Below are positions 19,901 to 28,861 of a DNA stretch of 64,000 bases, in pieces (position 1 is the stretch's first letter; each line of letters begins with the position of its first letter). Origin of the DNA: Candidatus Eiseniibacteriota bacterium (lineage in GTDB: Bacteria > Eisenbacteria > RBG-16-71-46 > SZUA-252). The notes under the pieces are model-generated. The model was not told the DNA's origin. It searched no databases and worked only from the letters and a program-made list of their open reading frames with translations. A program made the position numbers and the translations under genes. Location: NCBI GenBank assembly GCA_003235575.1, contig QJVW01000069.1, forward strand, positions 9,131 to 73,130, given 5' to 3'.

Positions 19901-20463
19901 AACAACACGGATTCATGGCCGGCGTCGGCTTCGATCTCTACTGCCGCATGGTCGAGGAGGTCGTGCAGGAGCTGAAGGGCATTGCCGTGGCCAAGGGGCC
20001 GGAGCCCGAGGTGGCGAGCGACCTGCCAGCGTTCGTTCCGGACGAGTACATCTCCGATCGCGACGAGAAATTGGACGTCTACCGGCGTCTGGCCGCGATG
20101 ACCGAATCCGATGCGCTGGACACCCTGGCCTCGGAGCTCCGGGACCGCTTCGGGGCGCCTCCCGCGGAGGTGGAGCAGCTTCTGGCGCTGAAGCGGCTTC
20201 GGCTCTTGGGCCGCGATGCCGGCGCGGCCAAGCTGCGCGTGAAGCAGGAACGCCTTGAAATAGAGTTCTCGGAGCCACTTGCGAGAAAGAACGTGCTCGC
20301 CGTCGTGGCTTCCGCACCCGGGAAATTGGAATTCGCCGAGAGCGCCCGCGTGCTCCGCGTCCTGAAGCCGAAGGACCCGGTCTTGTTGGCTACAAACATC
20401 TTGCGGCAGTTGGGGCCCGCTGATAGCGTGTCCGCTCCTTCATCGGCCCCGGACGGATCGTGA
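16981..20463 (+). CDS. mfd: Transcription-repair coupling factor Mfd
   Basis: GDYVVHLDHGIG, PMDRLLCGDVGYGKTEVA, DEEQRFG, TATPIPRT, QLRGRIGR, DLEIRGAGNLLG; start uncertain. Confidence 0.97.
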   Translation: MSTTVSTTTLASRLLQAVVSHPATGDLMARARAEAATDRGERGDRPAIRVRGSAGSLNAILAAVLAGQGTVPMAVVAPDLDRAEAWRDDLAAFLGPNGVVYLPPLDVVPWSHQTPTSPVRDERLDGLARLAGAAPPVAVIPAAALQRLVPRPEDLRPRTLRLRAGWEGDPHDLMRDLVLFGYRTVNEVSESGEVSRRGGIVDVHGPGMEQPIRIEFDGDVVASLRSFDPATQRSTGTVAEARVVPAREILYAADLDARLRAFDRPPLSTGEEARRLRDLVGEGIYFEGVEWLAPHLGVDLGSILDHLPPGTLLWVDEPLAVERELIQVEREAERLEPGARERSSLLPPRDTLFEPSQRTLDRLRSTPRIESSVTGREIRDDGERIDFGARPQPAFGRKLDLLRSELRRLGQVGYHRSIVCDNIGQAERLEELLGDDLATIEVGSLVGGFVLPAARMAVFTDHEIFARYRRRRGRRLRPSAAAMRELLTLAPGDYVVHLDHGIGVYKGLQRLTFDGHETECIQLDYAGGDRLFVPIDQLGLIERYAAEEGHAPTIHRLGGTTWARTKSKTRKAIADIAGELLRHYAARQAHPGHAFPADTPWQRELESSFVYDETPDQLRAVEDVKRDMESSRPMDRLLCGDVGYGKTEVAIRAAFKAIQGGKQVAVLVPTTVLAQQHFVTFTERLADYPVRIDVLSRFRNAKEQKEVVAKVGRGEVDLVIGTHRLLSKDVRYANLGLVIIDEEQRFGVAQKERIRTMMETVDVLTLTATPIPRTLHLSLLGARDMSSMATPPRGRYPIKTEIVEMNREVIQDALLREADRGGQSFFVHNRVESIDQMAHYLQSIVPQLRYAVAHGQMKDAQLEKVMLDFLERRVDVLVSTLIIESGLDIPTVNTMLIHRADALGLAQIYQLRGRIGRSHHQAFCYLLVPPGKVLSEEAEKRLRVVAEHEELGAGLQIAMRDLEIRGAGNLLGPEQHGFMAGVGFDLYCRMVEEVVQELKGIAVAKGPEPEVASDLPAFVPDEYISDRDEKLDVYRRLAAMTESDALDTLASELRDRFGAPPAEVEQLLALKRLRLLGRDAGAAKLRVKQERLEIEFSEPLARKNVLAVVASAPGKLEFAESARVLRVLKPKDPVLLATNILRQLGPADSVSAPSSAPDGS

Positions 20464-20487
20464 ACCGCGCCGCCCATTCGGTGTATA
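20461..20487 (+). promoter_or_regulatory. Putative ECF-sigma promoter upstream of PPIase-surA
   Basis: TGAACC...: GAAC(20462-20465)-N16-TGTAT(20482-20486); identical geometry at 51933-51957. Confidence 0.4.
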
Positions 20488-20575
20488 AGTGCCAAGTGTT
20501 CAAACGTTTGCGGACGGATGACCCGGAGAGGAGAAGGGATTTGGGATGCCCCGCCCGAGACTGATCAGAGAGACG

Positions 20576-22369
20576 ATGATTCATTCGGAATCGAAGATTG
20601 CCCGAGTCTCCGCCGCCGTACGCGCCGGCCGCGCGGCCGCAGTCGCCATGCTCGCGGCATCCCTGTTGTTCCACTCGCCGCCCCCCGCCCTGGCCAAGGT
20701 TCCGCCCTCCTTGAAGGGGCCCGTGGCCACGGTCGGCGACCGGCATGTCGAGGCAATCGACATCGTTCAGGCGGGGAAGGCGCTGGCGGGCCGAGCGGGC
20801 CGCGAGATGACGCCCGCTTCGTGGCGGCGCTACCTATTGAACCGCTGCATCGACCGAGAGCTGCTCGGCATGGAGGCCGCGCGACGTGGATTTGCGGCCG
20901 ATCCCGCCGTTCGGAACCGGGTAGCCAACAGGGAATTCCTCGTGCTTCGGCGCGAGTTGGAGGCGAAGGTCCTCCGCCCGGGGATCATGCCGTCACCCAC
21001 GGAATTCGCCGAAATCAAGGAGAGCGGCCTCTTCCGCTTCATCGATCTCTACTACATATTGGTGCGGGACGACGCTTCAGGTGCCAGACGTCGGCTCTGC
21101 GAGCGGATCGGAAGGCAAGTCCGGGCCGGCGCCTCCTGGGACTCGCTGGCGCGCATCTACAGCGGTCATCCGCCCTCGGCTTCGGCCGGAGGGCACTTCG
21201 GCCCGACGATGGTGCGCGACCTCGACCCGGCCGCGCACGCCGCGGTCGTGGCGGGCTCGGCCGGAGACATTTTCGGTCCATACAGCGGTCCCTACGGGCA
21301 CGAGCTCTACAAGATCGGAGCATTCATACCGATCGACGACGACTCCCTCATGCGGTTCCTCGTGGACGAACGCACCCGGCAAATCTGGTTTCGAGAGAAC
21401 AAGTACCTGTTGGACAAGTACCACTTCACCCCCGATGCGCACGCGGCGCGTCTGGCGCTTCGCGCTCTGGGCTCGGAAACCCCTGACTCGCTTCTAGCCT
21501 CGCTCGGCCCCGACGGTACGCGCCCGAAGCGGGGCGTGCGCGCGGCTCTGGGCATCCTCGCCCGCGCGGACAGCGACTCCGTGACCATCGCGGACATCTT
21601 CCGGGAGGCGCCCCCGGCGACGAATCACCGCGGCGTGGCGAGGATCCGAAACGAAGAGGCGCTGGCGAATTTCTCGGCACGGGCCCTCCTCCCGCGGCTG
21701 CTCGTCCGGGATGCCCGCGAGCGCGGGTTGGACAAAGAACCCTCGATCGCGCGCACGCTGCGCCTCATCCGCGACGAGGAGGCGACACGAGCCATGGTCG
21801 CGCGCGCGCGTCCGCCGGATCCCGACGCCGCGGCGCTCCGCGCCTATGTGGAGGAACACGCCGAGCGGTATCGCTGGCCCGCCGCGAGGCGCGCCACCAT
21901 CATCATGTTCCCGAACGCCGATAGCGCCCACGCCGCCTTGAGGGCTTGGAACGGCGTCGGACTCCCCGCGGACACGACGCTGTCGCGCCTCGGATTCCAT
22001 CGCATGAAGCGCCCCGGCGTGTCCCTGCCGCAGGCGGGATGGATGGACTCGCACTTGTTGTACGAAAATGGCGCCGACCCCCTCAGCCGGAGCGTACGAG
22101 GGCTGGACGTTGGTCAATTCGCTCCCGTGACGCGCCTGCCGCAAGGATGGGCCGTGGTCTGCGTCACCGATCGCGAAGAGGCCCGAGCCATGAACGAAGA
22201 AGAAGCCGCTCCACGCGCGCTGCGCGATTGGAGAGAGGAGGCTGAAAATCGATGGGTAACGACACTATTGGAACGGCTGCGGGCCAAGACGGCGGCGAAG
22301 ATCATTCCCGCACGCCTCGAGGCAGTGCGCCTTCTAGATGCCGAAGCGAAGCGGGGCGCAGGATCGTGA
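20576..22369 (+). CDS. Exported PpiC/parvulin-domain chaperone (PrsA/SurA-like, internally duplicated)
   Basis: Signal peptide, VATVG, WDSLARIYS...SASAGGHFG, second degenerate parvulin GLDVGQFAPV..PQGW; two 'LL..EA..RG...P' repeats. Confidence 0.7.
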   Translation: MIHSESKIARVSAAVRAGRAAAVAMLAASLLFHSPPPALAKVPPSLKGPVATVGDRHVEAIDIVQAGKALAGRAGREMTPASWRRYLLNRCIDRELLGMEAARRGFAADPAVRNRVANREFLVLRRELEAKVLRPGIMPSPTEFAEIKESGLFRFIDLYYILVRDDASGARRRLCERIGRQVRAGASWDSLARIYSGHPPSASAGGHFGPTMVRDLDPAAHAAVVAGSAGDIFGPYSGPYGHELYKIGAFIPIDDDSLMRFLVDERTRQIWFRENKYLLDKYHFTPDAHAARLALRALGSETPDSLLASLGPDGTRPKRGVRAALGILARADSDSVTIADIFREAPPATNHRGVARIRNEEALANFSARALLPRLLVRDARERGLDKEPSIARTLRLIRDEEATRAMVARARPPDPDAAALRAYVEEHAERYRWPAARRATIIMFPNADSAHAALRAWNGVGLPADTTLSRLGFHRMKRPGVSLPQAGWMDSHLLYENGADPLSRSVRGLDVGQFAPVTRLPQGWAVVCVTDREEARAMNEEEAAPRALRDWREEAENRWVTTLLERLRAKTAAKIIPARLEAVRLLDAEAKRGAGS

Positions 22370-23679
22370 TGCGCCGCCTCGCCTACCTTTTCCTGCCCCT
22401 GGCGGCCGCCTGCGCGCTCGCCGCGCTGGACGGAACGCCCGGCCTCGCGGCGGAGCGGATCGCCGCGATCGTGAACAAGAGCGTGATTCTGTCGTCGGAA
22501 GTGGACGAGCGGTTCGCCCAGGCCGCCGCGCGATTCAACATCAACCCGGCCGATACCGCCACCGTCGCCAAACTTCGCCGCGATGTCCTGGAGCAGTTGA
22601 TCGAGAACCAGGTCATCGTCGATGAGGCCCTGAAACTGGGAATCGTCGTGACCCCCCAGGAAGTGAACCAAGCCGTCCAGCGCGAAATCGACGCCGTGCG
22701 CGATCGACTCGGTGGGGAGGAAGCGTTTCAGGAGGCGCTGAAGGAAGAGCGCACGACGGAAGCCGAACTGCGGCAGCGGTACGCTCCGGACATCAAGGAG
22801 CAGATGCTCATCTCGCGCACCGTCTCCCGGGAAGTGCAGAGCAAGACCTCCGTCACCGACGCGGAGTTGAAGAAATTCTTCGAGGCCAATCGCGATTCGA
22901 TCGGCCGGCAACCCGAGCAGCTCGACATGGCGCACATCATGTTCGCGTACGAGCCCGACTCGGCTAACGTCCGCCGCGCGCGCGCGCGCGCCGACAGCCT
23001 CCGGAAGGCGATCCTGGCGGGGGCGCCGTTCGAGGACGTGGCGCGCCAAAGCTCCGACGACCCGAGCGGGCAGCGTGGCGGTGACCTGGGAACGTTCGGT
23101 CGCGGCGACATGGTCCCCGAGTTCGAGGAAGTCGCTTTTCGGATCAAGCCCGGCGAGTTGAGCCAGCCGGTTCGGACACGGTTCGGATTCCACATCATCA
23201 AGGTCGAAGAGCGCACGGCGAAGACGGACTCGACCGAGGAAACGGTCCACGCGCGGCACGTGATGGTCGGGCTGCGCCCGTCGCCCGGGGACGAGGAGCG
23301 TGCTCGCAAGCGCGCGATGGTCGTGCGCGACTCGCTGCTGAAGGGCGCCGATTTCGCGACCATGGCGAAGCGCTATTCACAGGACACGGCCACCAAGGAT
23401 TCCGGCGGCGCGCTCGGCAAGATTTCGGCGGGCGGACTCCCGCCGAATCTCCGCGAGGTGTTGACGGGCCTCAGCATCGGAGAGGTGAGCGTTCCCGTGA
23501 AGCGGGACACCGGCTACCACCTGTTCAAGCTCCTCGGAAGAGAGCCGGAGAAGGACTACGACTTCGAGGAGATCAAGGAACAGCTGCGCCAGATGGTCCT
23601 GAACCGAAAGCTCGAGGAGAACTATCGCCGCTGGTACGAAAAGGTCAAGAAGACCGCCAGCATCGAAATCAAGGAATAG
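22369..23679 (+). CDS. surA: Periplasmic chaperone SurA
   Basis: RIAAIVNKSVILSSEV N-domain; two parvulin domains (FEDVARQSSDD..GGDLG, MVPEFE, TRFGFHII); upstream of pdxA. Confidence 0.88.
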   Translation: MRRLAYLFLPLAAACALAALDGTPGLAAERIAAIVNKSVILSSEVDERFAQAAARFNINPADTATVAKLRRDVLEQLIENQVIVDEALKLGIVVTPQEVNQAVQREIDAVRDRLGGEEAFQEALKEERTTEAELRQRYAPDIKEQMLISRTVSREVQSKTSVTDAELKKFFEANRDSIGRQPEQLDMAHIMFAYEPDSANVRRARARADSLRKAILAGAPFEDVARQSSDDPSGQRGGDLGTFGRGDMVPEFEEVAFRIKPGELSQPVRTRFGFHIIKVEERTAKTDSTEETVHARHVMVGLRPSPGDEERARKRAMVVRDSLLKGADFATMAKRYSQDTATKDSGGALGKISAGGLPPNLREVLTGLSIGEVSVPVKRDTGYHLFKLLGREPEKDYDFEEIKEQLRQMVLNRKLEENYRRWYEKVKKTASIEIKE

Positions 23680-23698
23680 CGTCGGGAGGTCCCTACCG

Positions 23699-24760
23699 GT
23701 GTCGCCGCGCCGCCCCACGCTGCTCGTGACCATGGGGGATCCCGCCGGGATCGGCCCCGAGATCGTCGCGCGCGTCGTCGCCATGCCCTCGCTCCGTCGC
23801 GCGGCGCGCCTGGCCGTCGCGGGCGATCCGGACATCTTCGACCGTGCCCTTCGTCACGCGGGCGCGCGGTCCCGGCTCCGGCCGACGTCACCCGAGCGCT
23901 TCGACCCCGCCGACGATGGCCCGGGCGTTCCCTTCATCGTCACCAGCGAGGAGGGGTGGGCCTCGATCAGCCCCGGAACGCCGACGGAGGGATCGGGCCG
24001 CGCCTCCGCGCTGGCGATTGAATCGGCCGCACGCCTCGCCACCGCGGGCCGCGTCGACGGCATCGTGACCGCCCCGATCTCGAAACAGGCGCTTCGGCTG
24101 GCGGGGTATCCGCATCCGGGCCACACCGAGTTTCTGGGCGCGCTTACCGGTTCGCGAGAGACCAGGATGCTGTTCGTCGCCCGACGCGTTCGCCTCCTGC
24201 TCGCCACGGTGCATCTGCCACTGCGCGCCGTACCCGACGCGCTGACGGTGGCGTCCCTGCGGCGAACCATGGAATTCGCCGCCGCGGCGCTCCGAAACTT
24301 TCGTTGGGGGCCGCGGCGCGCCGTGGCCGTGCTGGGATTGAACCCTCACGCCGGCGAGGGGGGTATGTTCGGAGACGAGGAGGCGCGCGTCATCGCGCCC
24401 GCCATCGAGCAGGCTCGCGCGCTGGGGATCTCCGCGGAGGGTCCGTATCCCGCGGACACGTTCTTCGCGCGGCACGCCGACCGCCATGATCTGGGCATCG
24501 TCGTCGCGATGTACCATGATCAGGGGCTGATTCCCGCGAAGGCCGACGGCGTCGGCGGCGCGGCCAACGTCACGCTAGGGCTTCCCTTCGTGCGCTCCTC
24601 CGTAGATCATGGGACTGCGTTCGATCGCGCCTGGAGAGGGCGCGGCGGCGCGACCCGCGCGGGCGCTCCCAGTCCCGCGGGACTCGTCACCGCGATCCGC
24701 GTCGGCGCCGACCTCGCGCGCCGGACGGGTCGCCGACCCATGGAGTGGGCATGGCCCTGA
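23699..24760 (+). CDS. pdxA: 4-hydroxythreonine-4-phosphate dehydrogenase
   Basis: TMGDPAGIGPEI, GHTEFL, GLNPHAGE, AMYHDQG, RSSVDHGTAFD. Confidence 0.96.
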   Translation: MSPRRPTLLVTMGDPAGIGPEIVARVVAMPSLRRAARLAVAGDPDIFDRALRHAGARSRLRPTSPERFDPADDGPGVPFIVTSEEGWASISPGTPTEGSGRASALAIESAARLATAGRVDGIVTAPISKQALRLAGYPHPGHTEFLGALTGSRETRMLFVARRVRLLLATVHLPLRAVPDALTVASLRRTMEFAAAALRNFRWGPRRAVAVLGLNPHAGEGGMFGDEEARVIAPAIEQARALGISAEGPYPADTFFARHADRHDLGIVVAMYHDQGLIPAKADGVGGAANVTLGLPFVRSSVDHGTAFDRAWRGRGGATRAGAPSPAGLVTAIRVGADLARRTGRRPMEWAWP

Positions 24761-25527
24761 TACGCCTGGAGCACGTCAGCAAGTCGTACCGCGACCGTTT
24801 GGCGCTGAACGACGTGTCGCTCTCCTTCGAGACCGGGGAGTGGGTGTTCGTGAACGGTCCGAGCGGCGCGGGGAAGAGCACGCTCCTGCGCATCCTGGCG
24901 CTCGCGGAGAAACCGACCAGCGGCCGCGTGGAGGTCGATCCCCTCGCGGTCGAGGAAGCGCCCGGCGTGGCGCCGGCGGCTCCGACCGGGGACGCGTCCG
25001 CCGACCACGCCGAGCCGGAGCCCGCCGCCGCGGCCCCGCCGCGCGCGATTCGCCGCAAGGTCTCCGGCCGTCTGGTGCGGCGCCACATCGGCGTCCTCGG
25101 ACAGGAGTTCCGCCTCCTGCCCGATCGGAGCGTCTTCGACAACGTCGCGCTCTCCTGCAACATCGGCGGCATCTGGAACCGCTCCGTCGTACGCGACCGC
25201 GTGAACCCGCTTCTGGACGAGATGGGAATTCGCGGCGTGGAGGCGCTCTATCCCGGCGATCTGTCGGCGGGGCAGAAGCAGCGCGTCGCGCTCGCCCGCG
25301 CCATGGCCCGCCACCCGCGCATTCTTCTCGCCGATGAGCCCACCGGGAACCTGGATCCGGCCGCCGCGGATCAGATCTTCGCCCTCCTGCGTGAGATCTG
25401 CTCCCGCGGCGCGCTGGTGGTCATCGCCAGTCACGCCGAGGACCGGGTGCGGCGGTATCCCGGCCGCATCGTTCGGCTCGAACGGGGCATCCTCCGACAC
25501 GACGGCGTGGAAGGGGGCGCCGCCTGA
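24751..25527 (+). CDS. ftsE: Cell division ATP-binding protein FtsE (with insertion)
   Basis: GPSGAGKST, LSAGQKQRVALARA, LLADEPTGNLDP; followed by ftsX and envC. Confidence 0.85.
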   Translation: MALIRLEHVSKSYRDRLALNDVSLSFETGEWVFVNGPSGAGKSTLLRILALAEKPTSGRVEVDPLAVEEAPGVAPAAPTGDASADHAEPEPAAAAPPRAIRRKVSGRLVRRHIGVLGQEFRLLPDRSVFDNVALSCNIGGIWNRSVVRDRVNPLLDEMGIRGVEALYPGDLSAGQKQRVALARAMARHPRILLADEPTGNLDPAAADQIFALLREICSRGALVVIASHAEDRVRRYPGRIVRLERGILRHDGVEGGAA

Positions 25528-26396
25528 TGGGCCCGATTCGGTACATCCTTCGCGAATTGTGGCGCGGGGTCGCCCAGCATCGCGCCCTCACGGTGACGAG
25601 CATCCTTTCGATGTCGGCGATTCTCCTCATCTTCCTCGTCTTCATGATGGTGCTGCAAACCGTCGATCGCTACGCGGGGGATCTGGAAGCGCGCGAAGAG
25701 GTCTCCGTCTTCCTGAACGAAGGGCTGTCGCGGGCCGACATCAAGAGCGTGGCGGAGGCGCTGTACGCCATCGATGGGGTCGACAGCGTCCGATTCGTCA
25801 GCAAGGAGGAGGCATGGGAGGCCTTCCGTGCGGACGTCGCCGACGAAGCGTTGGTCCAGGCCGTGGGCTCGAACCCGCTCCCCGCGACCTATGTGATCCG
25901 ACCGACGGTTTCGTTCCGGAACGCCGACGGCGTGCGTCGGATCGCGCGCGCCGCGGAGACGGTGCCCCACGTCGAGGATGTTCGGTACGCGGGGGAATGG
26001 GTGGTTCGTGCGGAACAGGTCGTCGGCACCTTGAAACGGGTCGGCGCGGCCGTCGGGCTGATCGTTCTGGTCGGCGTGCTGTTCGTCGTGGGCGCCACGA
26101 CGCGGCTTTCGGTTCAGACGCGGCTCGACTCGGTCCACTTGATCCGCTCCCTCGGCGGGGGATTCCTCTTCACCGAGGCGCCGTACTTGGTGGAGGGATT
26201 CGTCCTCGCGTCGATCTCCTCGCTCCTCACGATCGCCGCGGCGCTCCTCATCCACGATCAGTTGGCCGACGGGCTCTTCCGACTCCTCCTGTTGCCGACC
26301 CAGTCCCTCTTCGCCTTCGTAGGCATCAGCGGTCTGCTGGGCCTGCTCGGCAGTTGGATCGCGGTGGCCACCCTTCCGAGGAAATGGCTGCTCTAA
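25527..26396 (+). CDS. ftsX: Cell division permease FtsX
   Basis: 4-TM layout, periplasmic domain with FVSKEEA and NPLP motifs. Confidence 0.9.
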   Translation: MGPIRYILRELWRGVAQHRALTVTSILSMSAILLIFLVFMMVLQTVDRYAGDLEAREEVSVFLNEGLSRADIKSVAEALYAIDGVDSVRFVSKEEAWEAFRADVADEALVQAVGSNPLPATYVIRPTVSFRNADGVRRIARAAETVPHVEDVRYAGEWVVRAEQVVGTLKRVGAAVGLIVLVGVLFVVGATTRLSVQTRLDSVHLIRSLGGGFLFTEAPYLVEGFVLASISSLLTIAAALLIHDQLADGLFRLLLLPTQSLFAFVGISGLLGLLGSWIAVATLPRKWLL

Positions 26397-27667
26397 TCGG
26401 CCGAGCGGCAGGGGCGAAGTTCCTGGCCCTTCTCGTGGCGAGCGTGCTGGCGTCGCCGATGCCGCGCCTCGCGGCCGCGCAGACCGCCGGCGCTGACTCC
26501 GCCGCCGCTGCTGCCGCCGCTGCCGCCGCCGCCGCCGCTGCTGCCGCCGCCGCGTCGCAGGACGCCGCCGAAATCGAGGCCCAGCGTCGGGAACTGGACG
26601 CGCTCCACAAGCAGATCGAGGATCGCCGCGAGCGATCGAAGGAGCTGAAGGGCAAGGAGAAGAATCTACTTGGCCAACTGCGCGAAACGGAGAAGAGCCT
26701 GCAGCTGACGGTGCGCTACCTGCGGGCGCTGGAGAAGCGGCGCAAGGCGCTTCAGGCGGATCTGGGCGACGCGACGTCCGAGCTGGCGAGGACAGCCGTT
26801 CAGCTTCAGGCCGACCGACGGATGCTCGCCTGGCGGTTGCGCGAGATCTACAAGCGCGGCCGATCCCACGAGTTGGAATACATCCTTTCGGCGCGATCGT
26901 TCGGCGACCTGATGGCGCGCACGTACTTCCTGGCCCGCGTCGCGAAGGAGGACCGCACGCGTCTGATGGTGACGCAGGCGCACCGCGTGGAGGTGCAGGA
27001 CACGCGGACCCGGCTCGAGGCACGGAAGCGGGAACTGGACCGGCTGAGGGCCGAGACCGTCCGCCAGCGCCGTTCGCAGGCGAATCTGCGCAAGCAGCGC
27101 CGCCGGCTCCTGAGCAGCATCCGCTCCGACGCCAAGGCGAACGAACAGGCGCAAAAGGAGCTGATTGAGGCTCAGAAGCGGATTCGAGCCCTGATCGATA
27201 CCCTGGAAAAGCGCCGGTTGGCCCGGGAGCGCGGCGCTCCGTCCGGAGAGTTGCCGCTCTTCGGGGACTTCGGGAAGAACCGCGGACGTCTGCCGTGGCC
27301 CGCGCACGGCCGCGTGGCCCGCGGATTCGGTCAAGTGAAGAACCCCCGGTTCAACACCGCCACGTTCAATAGCGGCATCGACATCGCGGCCACGTTCGGG
27401 GCGACGATTTCGGCCGTGGCGCCGGGCCGCGTCGAGTACGTGAACTGGCTCGAGGGCTACGGCAAGTGTGTTATCCTCAATCATGGCGGCGGTTACTACA
27501 CGTTGTATGCCCACGCCTCCGAAATCATCGTCCCGGTCGGCAAGGACGTCGCCGCCAACGAGGCGATCGGCCGGGTCGGAGACACCGGCTCCACCTCCGG
27601 CACGGTGCTCCATTTCGAGATCCGCCGGGGAAAAGACGCCCTGAACCCTCTCGAGTGGTTCCGGTGA
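26384..27667 (+). CDS. envC: Murein hydrolase activator EnvC (coiled coil + degenerate LytM/M23)
   Basis: Signal peptide, long coiled coil, GRLPWP, NSGID in place of HxxxD, LHFEIR without upstream His; after ftsEX. Confidence 0.88.
   Translation: MAALIGRAAGAKFLALLVASVLASPMPRLAAAQTAGADSAAAAAAAAAAAAAAAAAASQDAAEIEAQRRELDALHKQIEDRRERSKELKGKEKNLLGQLRETEKSLQLTVRYLRALEKRRKALQADLGDATSELARTAVQLQADRRMLAWRLREIYKRGRSHELEYILSARSFGDLMARTYFLARVAKEDRTRLMVTQAHRVEVQDTRTRLEARKRELDRLRAETVRQRRSQANLRKQRRRLLSSIRSDAKANEQAQKELIEAQKRIRALIDTLEKRRLARERGAPSGELPLFGDFGKNRGRLPWPAHGRVARGFGQVKNPRFNTATFNSGIDIAATFGATISAVAPGRVEYVNWLEGYGKCVILNHGGGYYTLYAHASEIIVPVGKDVAANEAIGRVGDTGSTSGTVLHFEIRRGKDALNPLEWFR
26501..26554 (+). repeat. 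GCC/GCT trinucleotide tract encoding 18 consecutive alanines in EnvC
   Basis: 18 GCN codons; the 20-mer GCCGCCGCTGCTGCCGCCGC occurs at 26501 and 26531. Confidence 0.95.
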
Positions 27668-27677
27668 GCCCTACCCC

Positions 27678-28820
27678 ATGGTTCCTACGACCGTTCAACA
27701 TCAGGAAGACGCCCTCGGCCTCCTGCGCGCCTCGCTAAGCGTCGGGCACGTCGGGCACTCCTATCTGTTCCACGGGCCCGCGGGCGTGGGCAAGACGCGT
27801 GCGGCGCTTTGGCTTGCCCGCGCCCTGCTCTGCAGCTCGCCGACCAAGGCGGGCGAGCCCTGCGATGCGTGCTCGGCCTGCGCCGAGGCCGCCGCGCTCC
27901 GGCACCCCGACCTCGAGCTTCTGCTGCCGCTCCCCTCGTTCCGCACCGAGGGACGCACCGAGAAGCAGGCGGACGAAGCGCGATCGGCGGCCCGAGCCGG
28001 CGCGTTGGCGCGCTACGCGAGCGAGCCGTTCTTCGCCCCCGTCTTCGCCAAGCAGCCGGTGCATACCGTCGACGATCTCGCGCGCGCGAAGCAGTTTCTC
28101 TCGATGACGCCGCAGCGAGACGGTGGCGCCAAGGTCTTGATCATCAAGGGCGCGGAGGCGATGACCGGGCCGGCGGCGCACGCATTCCTGAAGATCCTCG
28201 AGGAGCCGCAGCCCGGCCGCGTGCTCATCCTGGGCGCGCGGCAAATACGCGCGCTTCTTCCGACCATCGCCTCGCGATGCCTGCACGTGCGCTTCCGCCC
28301 GCTACCGGAATCATTCCTGGCGCGCGCGCTGGAGGCGCGCGGCGTCACTAAGCCGACGGCCCGGCTGGCGGCGGCGCTGTCGCAGGGAAGCCTGGGACGC
28401 GCGATCGCGCCGTTCGAAGCGCCGCTCGACGGCACCGGCGCGGCGCCCGACGAGGGCGATTTCGCCACCCTGCGCGCCGCGGCGCACGACTTGTTCGTGA
28501 AACCGCCCTCCGCCGCGATCGTCGGCACGCTGCGCCGCGGGCGCCTGGAGCGCGATCGCGGCCGGTTCCTCTCCGCCGTCTCGCTGGCGGTTCACTTCTA
28601 CCGCGACGTTCTGCGCCTGAAGATCCTGGGCGGCGATGTCGCGCTGGCGAACGAGGACCGAAAGCGGGAAGTGGCTGCCGCCGCCGCGTCGCTGCCACTT
28701 CCGGCGCTCTCGCGCCGCATCCGACTTCTCGAGGAGATCGCCGCCGCGGTGCAGTCGAACGTCACCGTCGCGTATGCGGTCGCCTCCGCCCAGCATCGAA
28801 TGGGGCTGGGCGTACCTTGA
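27678..28820 (+). CDS. holB: DNA polymerase III delta' subunit
   Basis: HSYLFHGPAGVGK, zinc module C..PCDACSAC, HPD, LKILEEP, LLPTIASRC. Confidence 0.9.
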   Translation: MVPTTVQHQEDALGLLRASLSVGHVGHSYLFHGPAGVGKTRAALWLARALLCSSPTKAGEPCDACSACAEAAALRHPDLELLLPLPSFRTEGRTEKQADEARSAARAGALARYASEPFFAPVFAKQPVHTVDDLARAKQFLSMTPQRDGGAKVLIIKGAEAMTGPAAHAFLKILEEPQPGRVLILGARQIRALLPTIASRCLHVRFRPLPESFLARALEARGVTKPTARLAAALSQGSLGRAIAPFEAPLDGTGAAPDEGDFATLRAAAHDLFVKPPSAAIVGTLRRGRLERDRGRFLSAVSLAVHFYRDVLRLKILGGDVALANEDRKREVAAAAASLPLPALSRRIRLLEEIAAAVQSNVTVAYAVASAQHRMGLGVP

Positions 28821-28861
28821 CCCCCACGCGTACCGAGGTCCCGTCTCGGCGGGAATAACGC

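Noticed and set aside
25334..26383. N-terminal 350 aa of the 777-aa ORF (and similar extensions at 29742, 29758, 32919, 41486, 50260, 54514, 61072)
   Set aside because: Out-of-frame overlaps of real upstream genes; true starts are the downstream coupled or SD-led codons
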